The position numbers were made by a program, and so were the translations under genes. The notes beneath the pieces are model-generated. The model saw only the letters and a list, made by a program, of their open reading frames with translations, did not search any database and was not told the DNA's origin. From Candidatus Planktophila sp. (GTDB lineage: Bacteria > Actinomycetota > Actinomycetes > Nanopelagicales > Nanopelagicaceae): a DNA stretch of 64,000 bases. Of this stretch, positions 45,201 through 54,363 are shown piece by piece. The stretch spans positions 579 to 64,578 of the forward strand of contig JBILAM010000001.1 of NCBI GenBank assembly GCA_044354225.1, in the 5' to 3' direction. The stretch's first letter is position 1. The number at the start of each line of letters is the position of its first letter.

Positions 45201-46034
45201 TTAATTCGAAAGCTGGATACCGATAGGTAGATGGTCACTTATGCCGGTTCGTGAGATGTCCATCACGGAAAACTCACCCGGGTGTAAATCTTTGGCGAGC
45301 AGATAATCGAACTTAATTGAAGGCTTCCAGCTGGGGTAGGTATTTCCGGGCGCTAGTGATTTCCAGGGTGAGAATACAGTGGGCAAATCTTTAGGCAGGT
45401 TGAGATCACCCATCACTAACGCCCGGGTGCCACTTGCTTCGGCAATCTCTACCGCCCATTTCTTAAGCCGGCGAAGTTGGCGCAGATTTAACCCTGGCAC
45501 AAAAGAGAGATGAGTGTTGACAACTGTCCAACCATTTTCTAGGACAGCTGCAATAGCAAGACGTGGTTCATCTTTGACATAGATAAAACGTGGTTTGCCT
45601 TTTCCAGTTTCATCACCAGGAACAATGAGTGGAAGCCCAAGTAGTGAGCGACCTAGATTTAATCTATGCCAAGACTTCACGGCAATCTTAGAAACAATTC
45701 CAATTCCATAACACTCGTGCATGAGTTCTGCATGAGAACTCTTATCTGTAATCAATGCAGGTTCGTGCTCGTGTAATTTCCGCCACGATTCTCCAGGTGT
45801 TCCAATCACACTGGGACCCATCGCCCAATCGCGTGCACCAACGCTCTCTGCGATATCTCGAATCTGTGGGCGAGACTGTGAACGTGGCAGGAAGTGATCG
45901 ACTTCCTGAAAGCCCATCACATCTGAGTTCAGAGACTGCACGGCAGCTGCAAGTTCGCGGGCCGAATCGGGTGAATTCCTAGGTGGGATTGAGATTCCAT
46001 GCAGGATATTCCACGAGGTGATTCTCACCCCCAC
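45201..46034 (-). CDS. Endonuclease/exonuclease/phosphatase family protein
   Basis: SWNILHG, FQEVD, NTHLS, MGDLN, FDYLL and SDHLP motifs. Confidence 0.9.
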   Translation of the reverse strand: MGVRITSWNILHGISIPPRNSPDSARELAAAVQSLNSDVMGFQEVDHFLPRSQSRPQIRDIAESVGARDWAMGPSVIGTPGESWRKLHEHEPALITDKSSHAELMHECYGIGIVSKIAVKSWHRLNLGRSLLGLPLIVPGDETGKGKPRFIYVKDEPRLAIAAVLENGWTVVNTHLSFVPGLNLRQLRRLKKWAVEIAEASGTRALVMGDLNLPKDLPTVFSPWKSLAPGNTYPSWKPSIKFDYLLAKDLHPGEFSVMDISRTGISDHLPIGIQLSN

Positions 46035-46053
46035 ACACTAGTAACCTGCACCA

Positions 46054-46983
46054 GTGAGCGCGATAAACCAACACACCTCCCGCATTGATCGTGCAGGTGA
46101 ACTTCGGGTGAACCAAGAAACTCTTGATCAATTGTGGCAACGCGCAAAAATCTTACAGATTGCAGAAGGTCGCATTGCTGCAGTTGATACCGCACTCACC
46201 TTAATCAGCGCCCAGGATGTGGCGGCACATATTGCCGCACACACATTTACTGAAGGAAGTCGTTACTTCTTAGGTTTGGATAGCGAAACCAAGGCGCCTT
46301 TTTTTGCATGGGATACCGAGTGGGTTGGCAGCATCGACGATGAAGTGAAAGAAGTTGGATTCTCCACTGTGCGCGAGATTGGTTCGCTGCTGAGCGAGCA
46401 AGAGTTAGAGATTTCACTACATGCGATGGGGCTAAGTAATTGGCACCGCGCACATCCACGTTGTCCGAGGTGTGGCGGCGCAACTCGAGTTGATCTGGGT
46501 GGGGCAGCGCGCACGTGCGATGCAGATGGCAGCCAGCACCACCCGCGCACAGATTCTGCTGTGATTGTTCTTGTTAAAGATCGTAGCGATCGAATTTTGC
46601 TTGGACATCAACCAATCTGGCCAGAAGGTCGCTTCTCTACCTTTGCTGGTTTTCTTGAACCCGGTGAAACATTTGAACAGTGCGTTGCGCGCGAGGTCCT
46701 AGAGGAGTCGGCAGTTGTAGTAACAGAGCTAAAGTATTTGGGATCACAACCATGGCCATTTCCGGCCAGCATCATGATTTCCTTTGAAGCGGTGACTGAT
46801 AATCCAGAGCGGGCACAAGGTGACGGTCAAGAAATCACGGAAGTGAAATGGTTTACCCGCGCGCAGTTAATGGCTGCAGCCAAAGATGGTTCGCTCTTGT
46901 TGCCTCCCTCAATTTCAGTTGCCCGCAAGATGATTGAGCGTTGGTTGGGTGAGAGCGCCCCCGGCGGCCAGACATGGCGATAG
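46054..46983 (+). CDS. nudC: NAD(+) diphosphatase (Nudix)
   Basis: Zn ribbon CPRCG, AGFLEPGETFEQCVAREVLEE and SQPWPFP motifs. Confidence 0.95.
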   Translation: MSAINQHTSRIDRAGELRVNQETLDQLWQRAKILQIAEGRIAAVDTALTLISAQDVAAHIAAHTFTEGSRYFLGLDSETKAPFFAWDTEWVGSIDDEVKEVGFSTVREIGSLLSEQELEISLHAMGLSNWHRAHPRCPRCGGATRVDLGGAARTCDADGSQHHPRTDSAVIVLVKDRSDRILLGHQPIWPEGRFSTFAGFLEPGETFEQCVAREVLEESAVVVTELKYLGSQPWPFPASIMISFEAVTDNPERAQGDGQEITEVKWFTRAQLMAAAKDGSLLLPPSISVARKMIERWLGESAPGGQTWR

Positions 46984-48626
46984 AAGATTCAATACTTGCA
47001 GCACTCGATGCTGATCAAAGGGCGGTAGCACTTGCAACACGTGGTCCCCTCTGTGTTATTGCAGGTGCGGGCACTGGAAAAACTCGCGCAATTACTCATC
47101 GCATTGCATATGCAGCAGCGATTGGCACGATGGATCCGCAGAAAGTATTGGCGCTGACATTTACTGCAAAAGCTGCCGGTGAGATGCGTGCTCGGCTTCG
47201 CACGCTAGGAGTGCCTACGGTTGCAGCTCGCACTATTCACTCAGCAGCACTGAAACAACTGCTCTATTTCTGGCCTTCAGTATTTGGTGGTCGCACGCCG
47301 GATCTCATGACAACTAAGACTGGCTTTCTCACTGAAGCAATCAATCGTGCGGGGCTAAGCGGCTCCTTGCGCGCTACCAACCGCGAACTGATGCGAGATA
47401 TTGCCTCGGAGATTGAATGGGCGAAGGTCTCTCAAGTGGGACCGACTGATTACATCGATGAAGTAAGTAAGCGAATGCAGAAGCCCCGCGTTACGCCAGA
47501 ACAGATGGTTCAGGTCTATACCGCCTATGAATCCATTAAAAAGCAGGAGCTTGCAATCGATTTTGAAGATGTACTGCTCTTATGTTCTGCGATGATGGAA
47601 GAAGAGCGCGATGTGCGCGAGCGGGTGCAAGACCAATATCGATATTTCACAATCGATGAGTACCAAGATATTTCTCCTATTCAACAGCGGCTCATTAACG
47701 CCTGGCTTGGAACGCGCACTGATATCTGTGTCGTTGGAGATCCCGCCCAAACTATTTACTCATTTGCTGGCGCTACCCCGGTATTCCTTAATTCATTTAC
47801 CCAACGTTTTCCGGAGGCGCAAGTTATTCGCTTAACCACTGGATACCGCTCCACCCCAGAAATCACATTTGCCGCCAATGCACTCTTGCGTCATGGAACT
47901 ATGGGCCAGGAACTTGTTGCCTTTAATGGCCATGGCTCTAAACCGATTGTTACCGGCTATGGCGATGAACCAGCAGAGATTCGCGGAGTCATGGCTGAAA
48001 TCAATGCCCTCTTAGTAAATGGCACTCAGCCACAAGAGGTTGCAATCTTGGCCAGAACTAATGCCCAACTAAAAGGTGCAGAGAAAGCGATGCTGGCGCA
48101 GAAGATTCCATATCAAGTGCGCAACACAGAAAGATTCTTTGAACGTCGCGAAGTGCGCGATTTCTTAAAGCAGGTGCGGCAAGCCTCTGTCATACCGGCC
48201 GAAGGCCATGGCTGGATTGATGAACTACGTTCACTTGCGCAGCCTTATTTAACAGGGGAAGCAATTGATGGAATTGCAGCGCTGCTGCATTTAGCGCGTG
48301 AACTAGATGATGATGATAATTTCACTCCGAAAACTTTGCGCACATATCTGCGGGAAGTAGAAGATCGGGTGCAACAGAACAATCCACCGACCATGCCAGT
48401 TGTCACGCTGGCAACGCTGCATGCGGCCAAAGGCCTGGAATGGGAGCGGGTATTTCTGATTGGCGCATCCGATGGCCAATTACCGCTGACTAATAGCTCC
48501 GGGGAAGCTGTGATTGAAGAGGAACGCAGGCTCTTCTATGTGGGAATCACCCGGGCAAAGGCTGATCTGCATATCTCTTATCGGGGTAATCCAAGCCAAT
48601 TCCTGCGTGAATCAGGCCTAATTTAA
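46974..48626 (+). CDS. UvrD2-like ATP-dependent DNA helicase (short form)
   Basis: AGAGTGKTR, IDEYQD, TLHAAKGLEW and YVGITRA motifs; nudC-uvrD2-whiB7 synteny. Confidence 0.92.
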   Translation: MAIEDSILAALDADQRAVALATRGPLCVIAGAGTGKTRAITHRIAYAAAIGTMDPQKVLALTFTAKAAGEMRARLRTLGVPTVAARTIHSAALKQLLYFWPSVFGGRTPDLMTTKTGFLTEAINRAGLSGSLRATNRELMRDIASEIEWAKVSQVGPTDYIDEVSKRMQKPRVTPEQMVQVYTAYESIKKQELAIDFEDVLLLCSAMMEEERDVRERVQDQYRYFTIDEYQDISPIQQRLINAWLGTRTDICVVGDPAQTIYSFAGATPVFLNSFTQRFPEAQVIRLTTGYRSTPEITFAANALLRHGTMGQELVAFNGHGSKPIVTGYGDEPAEIRGVMAEINALLVNGTQPQEVAILARTNAQLKGAEKAMLAQKIPYQVRNTERFFERREVRDFLKQVRQASVIPAEGHGWIDELRSLAQPYLTGEAIDGIAALLHLARELDDDDNFTPKTLRTYLREVEDRVQQNNPPTMPVVTLATLHAAKGLEWERVFLIGASDGQLPLTNSSGEAVIEEERRLFYVGITRAKADLHISYRGNPSQFLRESGLI

Positions 48627-48661
48627 TTGCCTTGCACGAATCAATAGCCATCTTGTACCCT
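48620..48661 (+). promoter_or_regulatory. WhiB7-type autoregulatory promoter
   Basis: AT tract AATTTAATT ends 3 bp before TTGCAC (48632-37), then 18 bp, then TACCCT (48656-61). Confidence 0.65.
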
Positions 48662-48692
48662 TAGAGTTCGAAAACAGGGAAGGGGATTGAAA

Positions 48693-48884
48693 ATGGCTAA
48701 CGTCATGACTTCAATCATCACAGCAGGCGCAAGCGCTGCTGCACCTTCTGCTGCCTTCACACATTCAACAGCTTCTGCAACCAAGCGTTCACATAAGCGA
48801 ACAGTTTGGCCCACAGCTACAAAGTCAGCGTTTTACGCCAACTTTTATGCAGTGGATGAGGCTACTGGAGTACTAATCGGATAA
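48693..48884 (+). CDS. whiB7 leader uORF (63 aa, Ala/Ser/Thr-rich)
   Basis: Purine-rich SD GGGAAGGGGA before the ATG; ends 16 nt before a terminator hairpin. Confidence 0.75.
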   Translation: MANVMTSIITAGASAAAPSAAFTHSTASATKRSHKRTVWPTATKSAFYANFYAVDEATGVLIG

Positions 48885-48900
48885 AACCGAACAGTCCCAC

Positions 48901-48945
48901 AAGGGCCTCAAATCCACTCGATGGATTTGGAGGTCCTTTTTTATT
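48901..48945 (+). terminator. Attenuator terminator in the whiB7 leader
   Basis: AAGGGCCTCAAATCCA-CTCGA-TGGATTTGGAGGTCCTT followed by a T run. Confidence 0.85.
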
Positions 48946-49023
48946 ACCCAAATCAAAAGAAGAAATCAAAAAGAGAAATAAAAAGAGCAAGACTAACGAG
49001 AGAGATAACAGGGGGTGAGAACG

Positions 49024-49395
49024 ATGACAGTTCTCTTCAGCGAACTACAGGTACCAGGCTGGGCAGAGACCGGCGAAAAGATTGGCCTAAACGATGTGGC
49101 ATTCACATACGACGACGCCAAGGCTTTCACCCTGCCATGCCATCGAGCTGACCCTGAACTCTTCTACTCAGAAACAGATCAGGGAATTGCAGAGGCGAAG
49201 GCGCTCTGTGGCACATGTCCGGTGCGTAACAAGTGTCTCGATGGTGCGCTCTCACGCCAAGAACCGTGCGGTGTGTGGGGCGGACAGCTCATCGAAGATG
49301 GCGTGATCATTGAACGTAAGCGTCGTGCTGGGAGACCACCACGTCAGGTGATTGCAGCTGCTCGCATTGTTCAGAACGAGCAAGCGCTGGCTTAA
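49024..49395 (+). CDS. whiB7: WhiB7/WblC transcriptional regulator
   Basis: LPC...AKALCGTCPVRNKC Fe-S cysteines, EPCGVWGG turn, C-terminal AT-hook RKRRAGRPPR; synteny with uvrD2. Confidence 0.92.
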   Translation: MTVLFSELQVPGWAETGEKIGLNDVAFTYDDAKAFTLPCHRADPELFYSETDQGIAEAKALCGTCPVRNKCLDGALSRQEPCGVWGGQLIEDGVIIERKRRAGRPPRQVIAAARIVQNEQALA

Positions 49396-49396
49396 C

Positions 49397-50518
49397 TTAA
49401 AAGGCACACCCACAGTGTGGGTGGCGAGCAATCGCCACCACCTGTGGGTAGGCAAGTAATTGATAGTCAACGGCGATCGCGATTCCGAGCAGCGCTGAAA
49501 AGTCTGCCGCCCTATCTTCCACAATGGCAACCGTGGTGGCATCACAGAATTTCACAATAAATGAAGCTGCCAACGCTGCAATAAAGTGAGCGGCAATTTG
49601 TGGATATTCCTTTGCAACATCTGGCATGAACTCAAGCTGATTGAGCACCCCACGTTGTTCACTTGATGAAAGCTCCTGGCAACGCGGACAGGGACTTTCT
49701 CCTGGAATCACCAGCGGACCAATCAGTGCACTATCTGCACGTGGAGAAGGAATCATAAGAAATTTTTCGCCAGAGCTCATCCAGAGTGAAAGAGTTTCCG
49801 GATTGATATCACCGCAATGAATACGCAGATCAGGAGATGATGCCTCATCTAGATAATTCTCATGGCGATCAAGTGGAAATAGTGCAAGTTCTCTTCTTAT
49901 CATCTCGCAATGGCTCTTAAAGGGCGTTCCAATATCTGATTGCCGGAAAGTTGAGAGTGCCATATCGATATCACCAATAAGGGGATTTGCACCACGAGAT
50001 GCTGGTGTGAAGCGCACTTGCGAGAGCCCACTGGCAAGCAAGAGCGAGTAGAGAAGTGTGGCAACCCGATTGTTTCCCGAAATTTCGCAGAGGTAATTTT
50101 GCCGGGCACTTAATATTTCAACGCCGCCATCGACCACACCAGCAATCCAATTTGTTTGATTTAATTCAGGTGCGCACCTGCGTTGTAACTGTTGCACTCC
50201 AGCATCCACCGCTGGTCTACTATTTTTCTTTACTCGATTATCTAACTTGGAGACAAATCGTTGCGAAACTCTGAGCACGCCTTGCTCATGATTGATTAGC
50301 TCTTCTTCTTCGAGTTGAGCTAAGAGCGTGTGCACCGTTATATCTAGCACGTTAGGTGTTTGCAGGATCTCTTTCTCAGACTTTCCTCGCGCCAGTGCCA
50401 AGGCAATCACTTTCTCTTCGGGCGTGTAGATCCGAATGACCCGCTTAAGCGTTCCTAGTAAATATTCGCCGGGTGTGGTGCTCTGGCTTAGTGCAACACC
50501 GCGTTTGAGTTCTCTCAT
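49397..50518 (-). CDS. ThiF/TOMM-scaffold-like protein (Rv3196-like)
   Basis: IGPLVIPGESPCPRC and C-terminal HPHCGC; position in the whiB7-UPF0182 cluster. Confidence 0.7.
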   Translation of the reverse strand: MRELKRGVALSQSTTPGEYLLGTLKRVIRIYTPEEKVIALALARGKSEKEILQTPNVLDITVHTLLAQLEEEELINHEQGVLRVSQRFVSKLDNRVKKNSRPAVDAGVQQLQRRCAPELNQTNWIAGVVDGGVEILSARQNYLCEISGNNRVATLLYSLLLASGLSQVRFTPASRGANPLIGDIDMALSTFRQSDIGTPFKSHCEMIRRELALFPLDRHENYLDEASSPDLRIHCGDINPETLSLWMSSGEKFLMIPSPRADSALIGPLVIPGESPCPRCQELSSSEQRGVLNQLEFMPDVAKEYPQIAAHFIAALAASFIVKFCDATTVAIVEDRAADFSALLGIAIAVDYQLLAYPQVVAIARHPHCGCAF

Positions 50519-50625
50519 GTGGCAAAGGATGTGCTGCGCCCCGACAATGCCCTTGCTGGTTTCGAACTGGCTGTGTGCAAGGCGAGGGATTTCTCACCCT
50601 TTGAGTGCAGGGAAGTACTGCGTGT

Positions 50626-50662
50626 AAAAAAATAACCCCCGCTCAGTGAGCGAGGGTTATTT
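50626..50662 (-). terminator. Intrinsic terminator downstream of the DUF5679 gene
   Basis: Hairpin AAATAACCC-CCGCTCA/GTGAGCG-AGGGTTATTT with an A run on +, giving a U tract on the minus strand. Confidence 0.8.
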
Positions 50663-50680
50663 CTACTTATAAGTGGTGAC

Positions 50681-50851
50681 TTATTCGGCCTTCTTGCCGA
50701 GAATGCGATTTACCTTGGTGCCACACACTGGGCAAATACCCTGTGCCATGCGACGACCAGACTCGGAGATCTTTACTGTTCCTTCGAAATCACGCTTTGC
50801 TTTGCACTTAACGCAGTAAGCGTCACCCTTGTATGTCTCTACCTCTGCCAT
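50681..50851 (-). CDS. DUF5679 family small zinc-ribbon protein
   Basis: AYCVKCK...GRRMAQGICPVCGTKVNRILG; SD GGAGG before ATG 50851. Confidence 0.85.
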   Translation of the reverse strand: MAEVETYKGDAYCVKCKAKRDFEGTVKISESGRRMAQGICPVCGTKVNRILGKKAE

Positions 50852-50982
50852 TTTTGCCTCCGTTCGACCCATGAGCTAGGCGCCATGCGTACTGGTCAAA
50901 ACAGTACTCTGCGCCACGCTCAAAATCGGGGAAATCACGCGTAGATTCCCTTACATCTTTATAGATGGTTCATTTCAGGAAG

Positions 50983-51567
50983 TTAGGGCAGTTTCGAGAG
51001 TTCACTCGGGGCCAGCAGAGCCCGTTCGGCCGCCTCATAGCCATCCAGATAGGCCGTTGCTAGCTCAGAATCCTCAAAACGGGATAAAACCTCGGTGAAT
51101 CCTTGCCCGTGGTCGAAGTATTGAAGGTGGATCGCCTCGTGGAAGAGCACATAATCCCGGGCGTATTCAGGAGCTAGCTTCAATCGGTCTGAGATTCTGA
51201 TGGTGCGATCAACGCTGGTGCATGAGCCCCAACGCTCTCGCATCGGCTTCCACGTAACTGAAATAGGACGGATGGTGATTTCTGGAGCCAACTCGGTGAG
51301 TAATTCATCGATACGCCGAGCCAAATCTGCCTCACCAGGGGTCTGCGACTCCTCTTGGCTACGAATCTTGGCAATCATCTCGGGCACAATCACTCGTTCG
51401 TCAGCTTTACTTAAGCGCGCCGGAATAGAGATGACAATTCTTCCACCCTGTCGATAGGCCGAGATACTTTTCTTTCGCCGAGCAGAGCGGATGACGATGA
51501 TTTCGCCTTCACCCAACCCCGGCAAGGTTTCTTCTTCAAATTCACCCGGAAACCCTGAAGTTGTCAT
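50983..51567 (-). CDS. DUF45/YgjP-like zinc metallopeptidase
   Basis: RSARRKKS, RWGSCT and DYVLFHEAIHL...H motifs. Confidence 0.87.
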   Translation of the reverse strand: MTTSGFPGEFEEETLPGLGEGEIIVIRSARRKKSISAYRQGGRIVISIPARLSKADERVIVPEMIAKIRSQEESQTPGEADLARRIDELLTELAPEITIRPISVTWKPMRERWGSCTSVDRTIRISDRLKLAPEYARDYVLFHEAIHLQYFDHGQGFTEVLSRFEDSELATAYLDGYEAAERALLAPSELSKLP

Positions 51568-51655
51568 TGAGGAAATGTAATAGAGAAAGTATTAAATTGA
51601 AGAAGAATCTTGATTTATTGACAAGAAATTTTTCTTGTGTCTTGGTGATTTACAT

Positions 51656-51684
51656 TTGATTCTGATTAGGAATTCTCGTACTTT
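51656..51684 (+). promoter_or_regulatory. Sigma-A-type promoter pointing into an ORF-free region
   Basis: TTGATT (51656-61), 17 bp, TACTTT (51679-84); predicted +1 A at 51691. Confidence 0.6.
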
Positions 51685-51690
51685 TCGCAT

Positions 51691-51773
51691 ACGAAGTCCT
51701 CGGATAACCGTTTGATATCTGCAAGGGGAAGGCAGATATTAAAATGTGCGCCCGGGGACTTCGCTTTTCTTTT
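51691..51773 (+). ncRNA. Candidate small RNA: long hairpin with internal loop and AAGGGGAAG apical loop
   Basis: Two 12-bp helices (51692-703/51752-763 and 51711-722/51732-743), each with one G-U pair valid only on +; U-rich tail. Confidence 0.65.
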
Positions 51774-51781
51774 AAGGCTAT

Positions 51782-53095
51782 TTAGAGCAGGCCGCTCAGG
51801 TCATCGGGGATCTGGGCAGATTTCATAAACTTTTCCGGGTCAAGTAACTCTTGCGCACTAGGCAAAATCCCACTCCAGATCTGATCGCGAGCTGCAATGT
51901 CTTTAACTTCACGAATCTTCTGCCAGAAGGCGCTCGCTTCTCGTGCAAGTCGAGGTGAAACTTGTAATCCAAGAAGTGAAGAGAAGAGTTGTTGTGACGG
52001 TGCGTTCGTTGCACGTTGGCGCCGATAGATTTCGCGAAGTTGGGCAAGTGATGGCAATCGTTCACCGGAAGCTTGGGTGGTGACTTCATCTGCCCAGCCA
52101 TCGACAAGTGCAAGTACGGTTTCGAGTTTAGAAAGTGCGGCGCGTTGCGCCGGTGTTTCCTCCGGCGTAAAAATCCCTTTATTGAGCGCAATCGAGAAAG
52201 AATTCTCGCCAGCTTCTAGATTCATCTGGGAAGGATCGAAACCCTCCATTGCATCTTGTGCTTGGCGGGTAATCGCATCCATATCGATATGAATGCCGCG
52301 TCCATAATCAACAACGGCGCTTTGAATATAGGAAACGATCCAAGGATTGTGTTCAAAAAGTCTTGCTACCGCAGCTTCGCGAAGTGCGTGAAATATATAG
52401 ACCTCACTCTTTGGTATCTCAAGATCCGTGCTCCACTTTTCGATGTTTTCCGGGATCAATACCGGGTGTGCTGGGGTAAGTAATGGCAGCCCCACATCGT
52501 GGACACCTGTGGCCGAGGCGGAGATAGAGCCAATAGCTTGACCTAATTGGGTGGCAATCATGGAGCCAATAAATGTGCGCAATAGACCAGTGATAGCTCC
52601 CATGGAGTTGGCCATCTCATCAGAACTTCCGGAAGCTTCATCGAGTAGACCTGAAATTGCGTCGGAGAGGCCGGTGGCAAGTGGCTCCATTGTCTGGTGC
52701 CAACCTTCGAGTGTGAGGTCGACCCAATCGAGGCGACTCACTGCGCGTGGGGAAGAAGAGGATTGCGTTGCTGGAAAGTCCGTTGCTTCATTTAGCCAGA
52801 GGTCAGAAATTTCAAAAGCACTTGCAACCACACTGACATCTTTGGTGCCGATTGGCTGCGAACCTTGTGCCTGCACAAATTTTTTTGCCGTATCTCGCAC
52901 GACGTTCTTGGGAAGTGCATCTGTACTGCCACTGGCGAAGGCAGCAAATGGATTGATGAAACCAGCTGGGTTAATTCCCATCTGTTCAAATTGTTTCTGG
53001 ATTTGTTCCTGCATTTGGCGCATCATCGCCGAAAAATCTTCCGGCTTCTTTTCTTCTTCATCTCCATCATCTGGAGTAAAACCAAAAGGTGACAT
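51782..53095 (-). CDS. Zinc-dependent metalloprotease-like protein (DUF2342/Rv3195-like)
   Basis: MSPFGF start, DLWLNEAT, ALREAAVARLF and LETVLALVDGW motifs. Confidence 0.82.
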   Translation of the reverse strand: MSPFGFTPDDGDEEEKKPEDFSAMMRQMQEQIQKQFEQMGINPAGFINPFAAFASGSTDALPKNVVRDTAKKFVQAQGSQPIGTKDVSVVASAFEISDLWLNEATDFPATQSSSSPRAVSRLDWVDLTLEGWHQTMEPLATGLSDAISGLLDEASGSSDEMANSMGAITGLLRTFIGSMIATQLGQAIGSISASATGVHDVGLPLLTPAHPVLIPENIEKWSTDLEIPKSEVYIFHALREAAVARLFEHNPWIVSYIQSAVVDYGRGIHIDMDAITRQAQDAMEGFDPSQMNLEAGENSFSIALNKGIFTPEETPAQRAALSKLETVLALVDGWADEVTTQASGERLPSLAQLREIYRRQRATNAPSQQLFSSLLGLQVSPRLAREASAFWQKIREVKDIAARDQIWSGILPSAQELLDPEKFMKSAQIPDDLSGLL

Positions 53096-53246
53096 GTGTA
53101 ACCCTCATTCCTCTTGATGCAGCTCTAACTCTGGTTTGATTCTATTCAAGTGCATCGAATTGAGCACTGTGAAAATCCGATACATCTAGATTTACTGCAA
53201 CCATGAGAGTCAGCACTTTCTTCCCAGAACGGGTAGGCTCTTTTCT

Positions 53247-53510
53247 ATGGATCTCCTCGGCAATAGCTCTGCGCTCGTCGCTGGCAGCAGCACTTTCGCC
53301 GCCTTGATTTGGTGGGTAGTTCCAATAAGTGCGCTCATTGGTGGGCTTGGCTACGTCCTCTGGATTTCAAAATTTAAAGGAAAATTCGAATCCGAAACTT
53401 CGCGATCAGTGGGAAACTTCCAGCGCTTTCAGGACTCCTTCCGCACCGAAGCCCCGATGCCTGAAGCCCGAAAGCCAGAAGAACAAGTCCCAGAACATCG
53501 AGATAACTAG
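53247..53510 (+). CDS. Hypothetical small membrane protein
   Basis: One TM helix (WWVVP...); TAGGCT-7-ATG leaderless arrangement. Confidence 0.65.
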   Translation: MDLLGNSSALVAGSSTFAALIWWVVPISALIGGLGYVLWISKFKGKFESETSRSVGNFQRFQDSFRTEAPMPEARKPEEQVPEHRDN

Positions 53511-53520
53511 CGCGTAATTT

Positions 53521-54363
53521 ATGCAAAGTCCTCGAATTCCACTTCTTCGAGCGCCCCGTGCGCTTGCTAGAACAGGCTATAGAAGAACTTCTAGGGTCAC
53601 CAGAATTCTTATCTCACTCTTTCTTATTGCGCCCCTCGTCCTTCCCGTTAATTTCGTTCTGATTAATCCTGGTGAAGGAAATCCGCTCTTTCCAAAGATG
53701 CTCAAAGTCAGTTCACCAAAAACATATCCCGTCGATGGTCAGATGTTTCTCTTATCTATTTGGGTCACCAACCCCGACACTCTGGTTCTGGGGTTCCAAG
53801 TTCTTCACTGTTGGGCTAAGCCGACCTGCGTTGTTACCCCGCGTTCAATCATTTATCCCAAGGCGACAGATGACAAAGTTGAATTAGCAGAAGGCGCCAA
53901 AGAGATGAAGCAATCGCAAAGTTCGGCGATTGTGGCAACGAAGAAACTATTTGCTAAGAAGTACCCAGAGATAAACCTTGCGGGGCTTACCGATGCATCC
54001 CTGAAAGTTTCCTTGAAAAATACTGGTGGTCCAAGTGGGGGGCTTATCTTCGCACTCGGTTTGGTAGAACTTTTATCACCCGATGATCTCCTTAATGGAA
54101 GAAAAATTGCAGCCACTGGAACCATCTCTGCTTCTGGCCGAGTGGGAGCTATTGGCGGGGTGCAAGAGAAGATAGTGGCGGCCCGCGCAGCTGGCGTAGA
54201 GCTACTTTTCATTTCTCGGCAAAACTGCGATGAGATCTCAGGTGAGGTAGATGGTTTGAAAGTAATTGCCGTTTCAACCCTAGAAGAGGCCTATCTGGCG
54301 CTTAAAGATGGGAGAAATTCCGATTTTCGAGGCGTCCAGGGGTGCACTAATCTAGCGGCATGA
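53521..54363 (+). CDS. YlbL/Rv3194c-like Lon (S16) protease, apparently without PDZ domain
   Basis: GGPSGGL (Ser), IAATGTI and GAIGGVQEK (Lys) motifs; N-terminal TM helix. Confidence 0.85.
   Translation: MQSPRIPLLRAPRALARTGYRRTSRVTRILISLFLIAPLVLPVNFVLINPGEGNPLFPKMLKVSSPKTYPVDGQMFLLSIWVTNPDTLVLGFQVLHCWAKPTCVVTPRSIIYPKATDDKVELAEGAKEMKQSQSSAIVATKKLFAKKYPEINLAGLTDASLKVSLKNTGGPSGGLIFALGLVELLSPDDLLNGRKIAATGTISASGRVGAIGGVQEKIVAARAAGVELLFISRQNCDEISGEVDGLKVIAVSTLEEAYLALKDGRNSDFRGVQGCTNLAA

Noticed and set aside
48921-49151. 76-aa Lys/Arg-rich ORF before whiB7
   Set aside because: It starts inside the terminator hairpin, reflects the A-rich tract and overlaps whiB7 out of frame.
49397-50851. ThiF/TOMM-like gene plus small Cys peptide read as a RiPP cluster
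   Set aside because: There is no YcaO, dehydrogenase or transporter; a terminator separates the two genes; the small protein is DUF5679 and the order is conserved core synteny.
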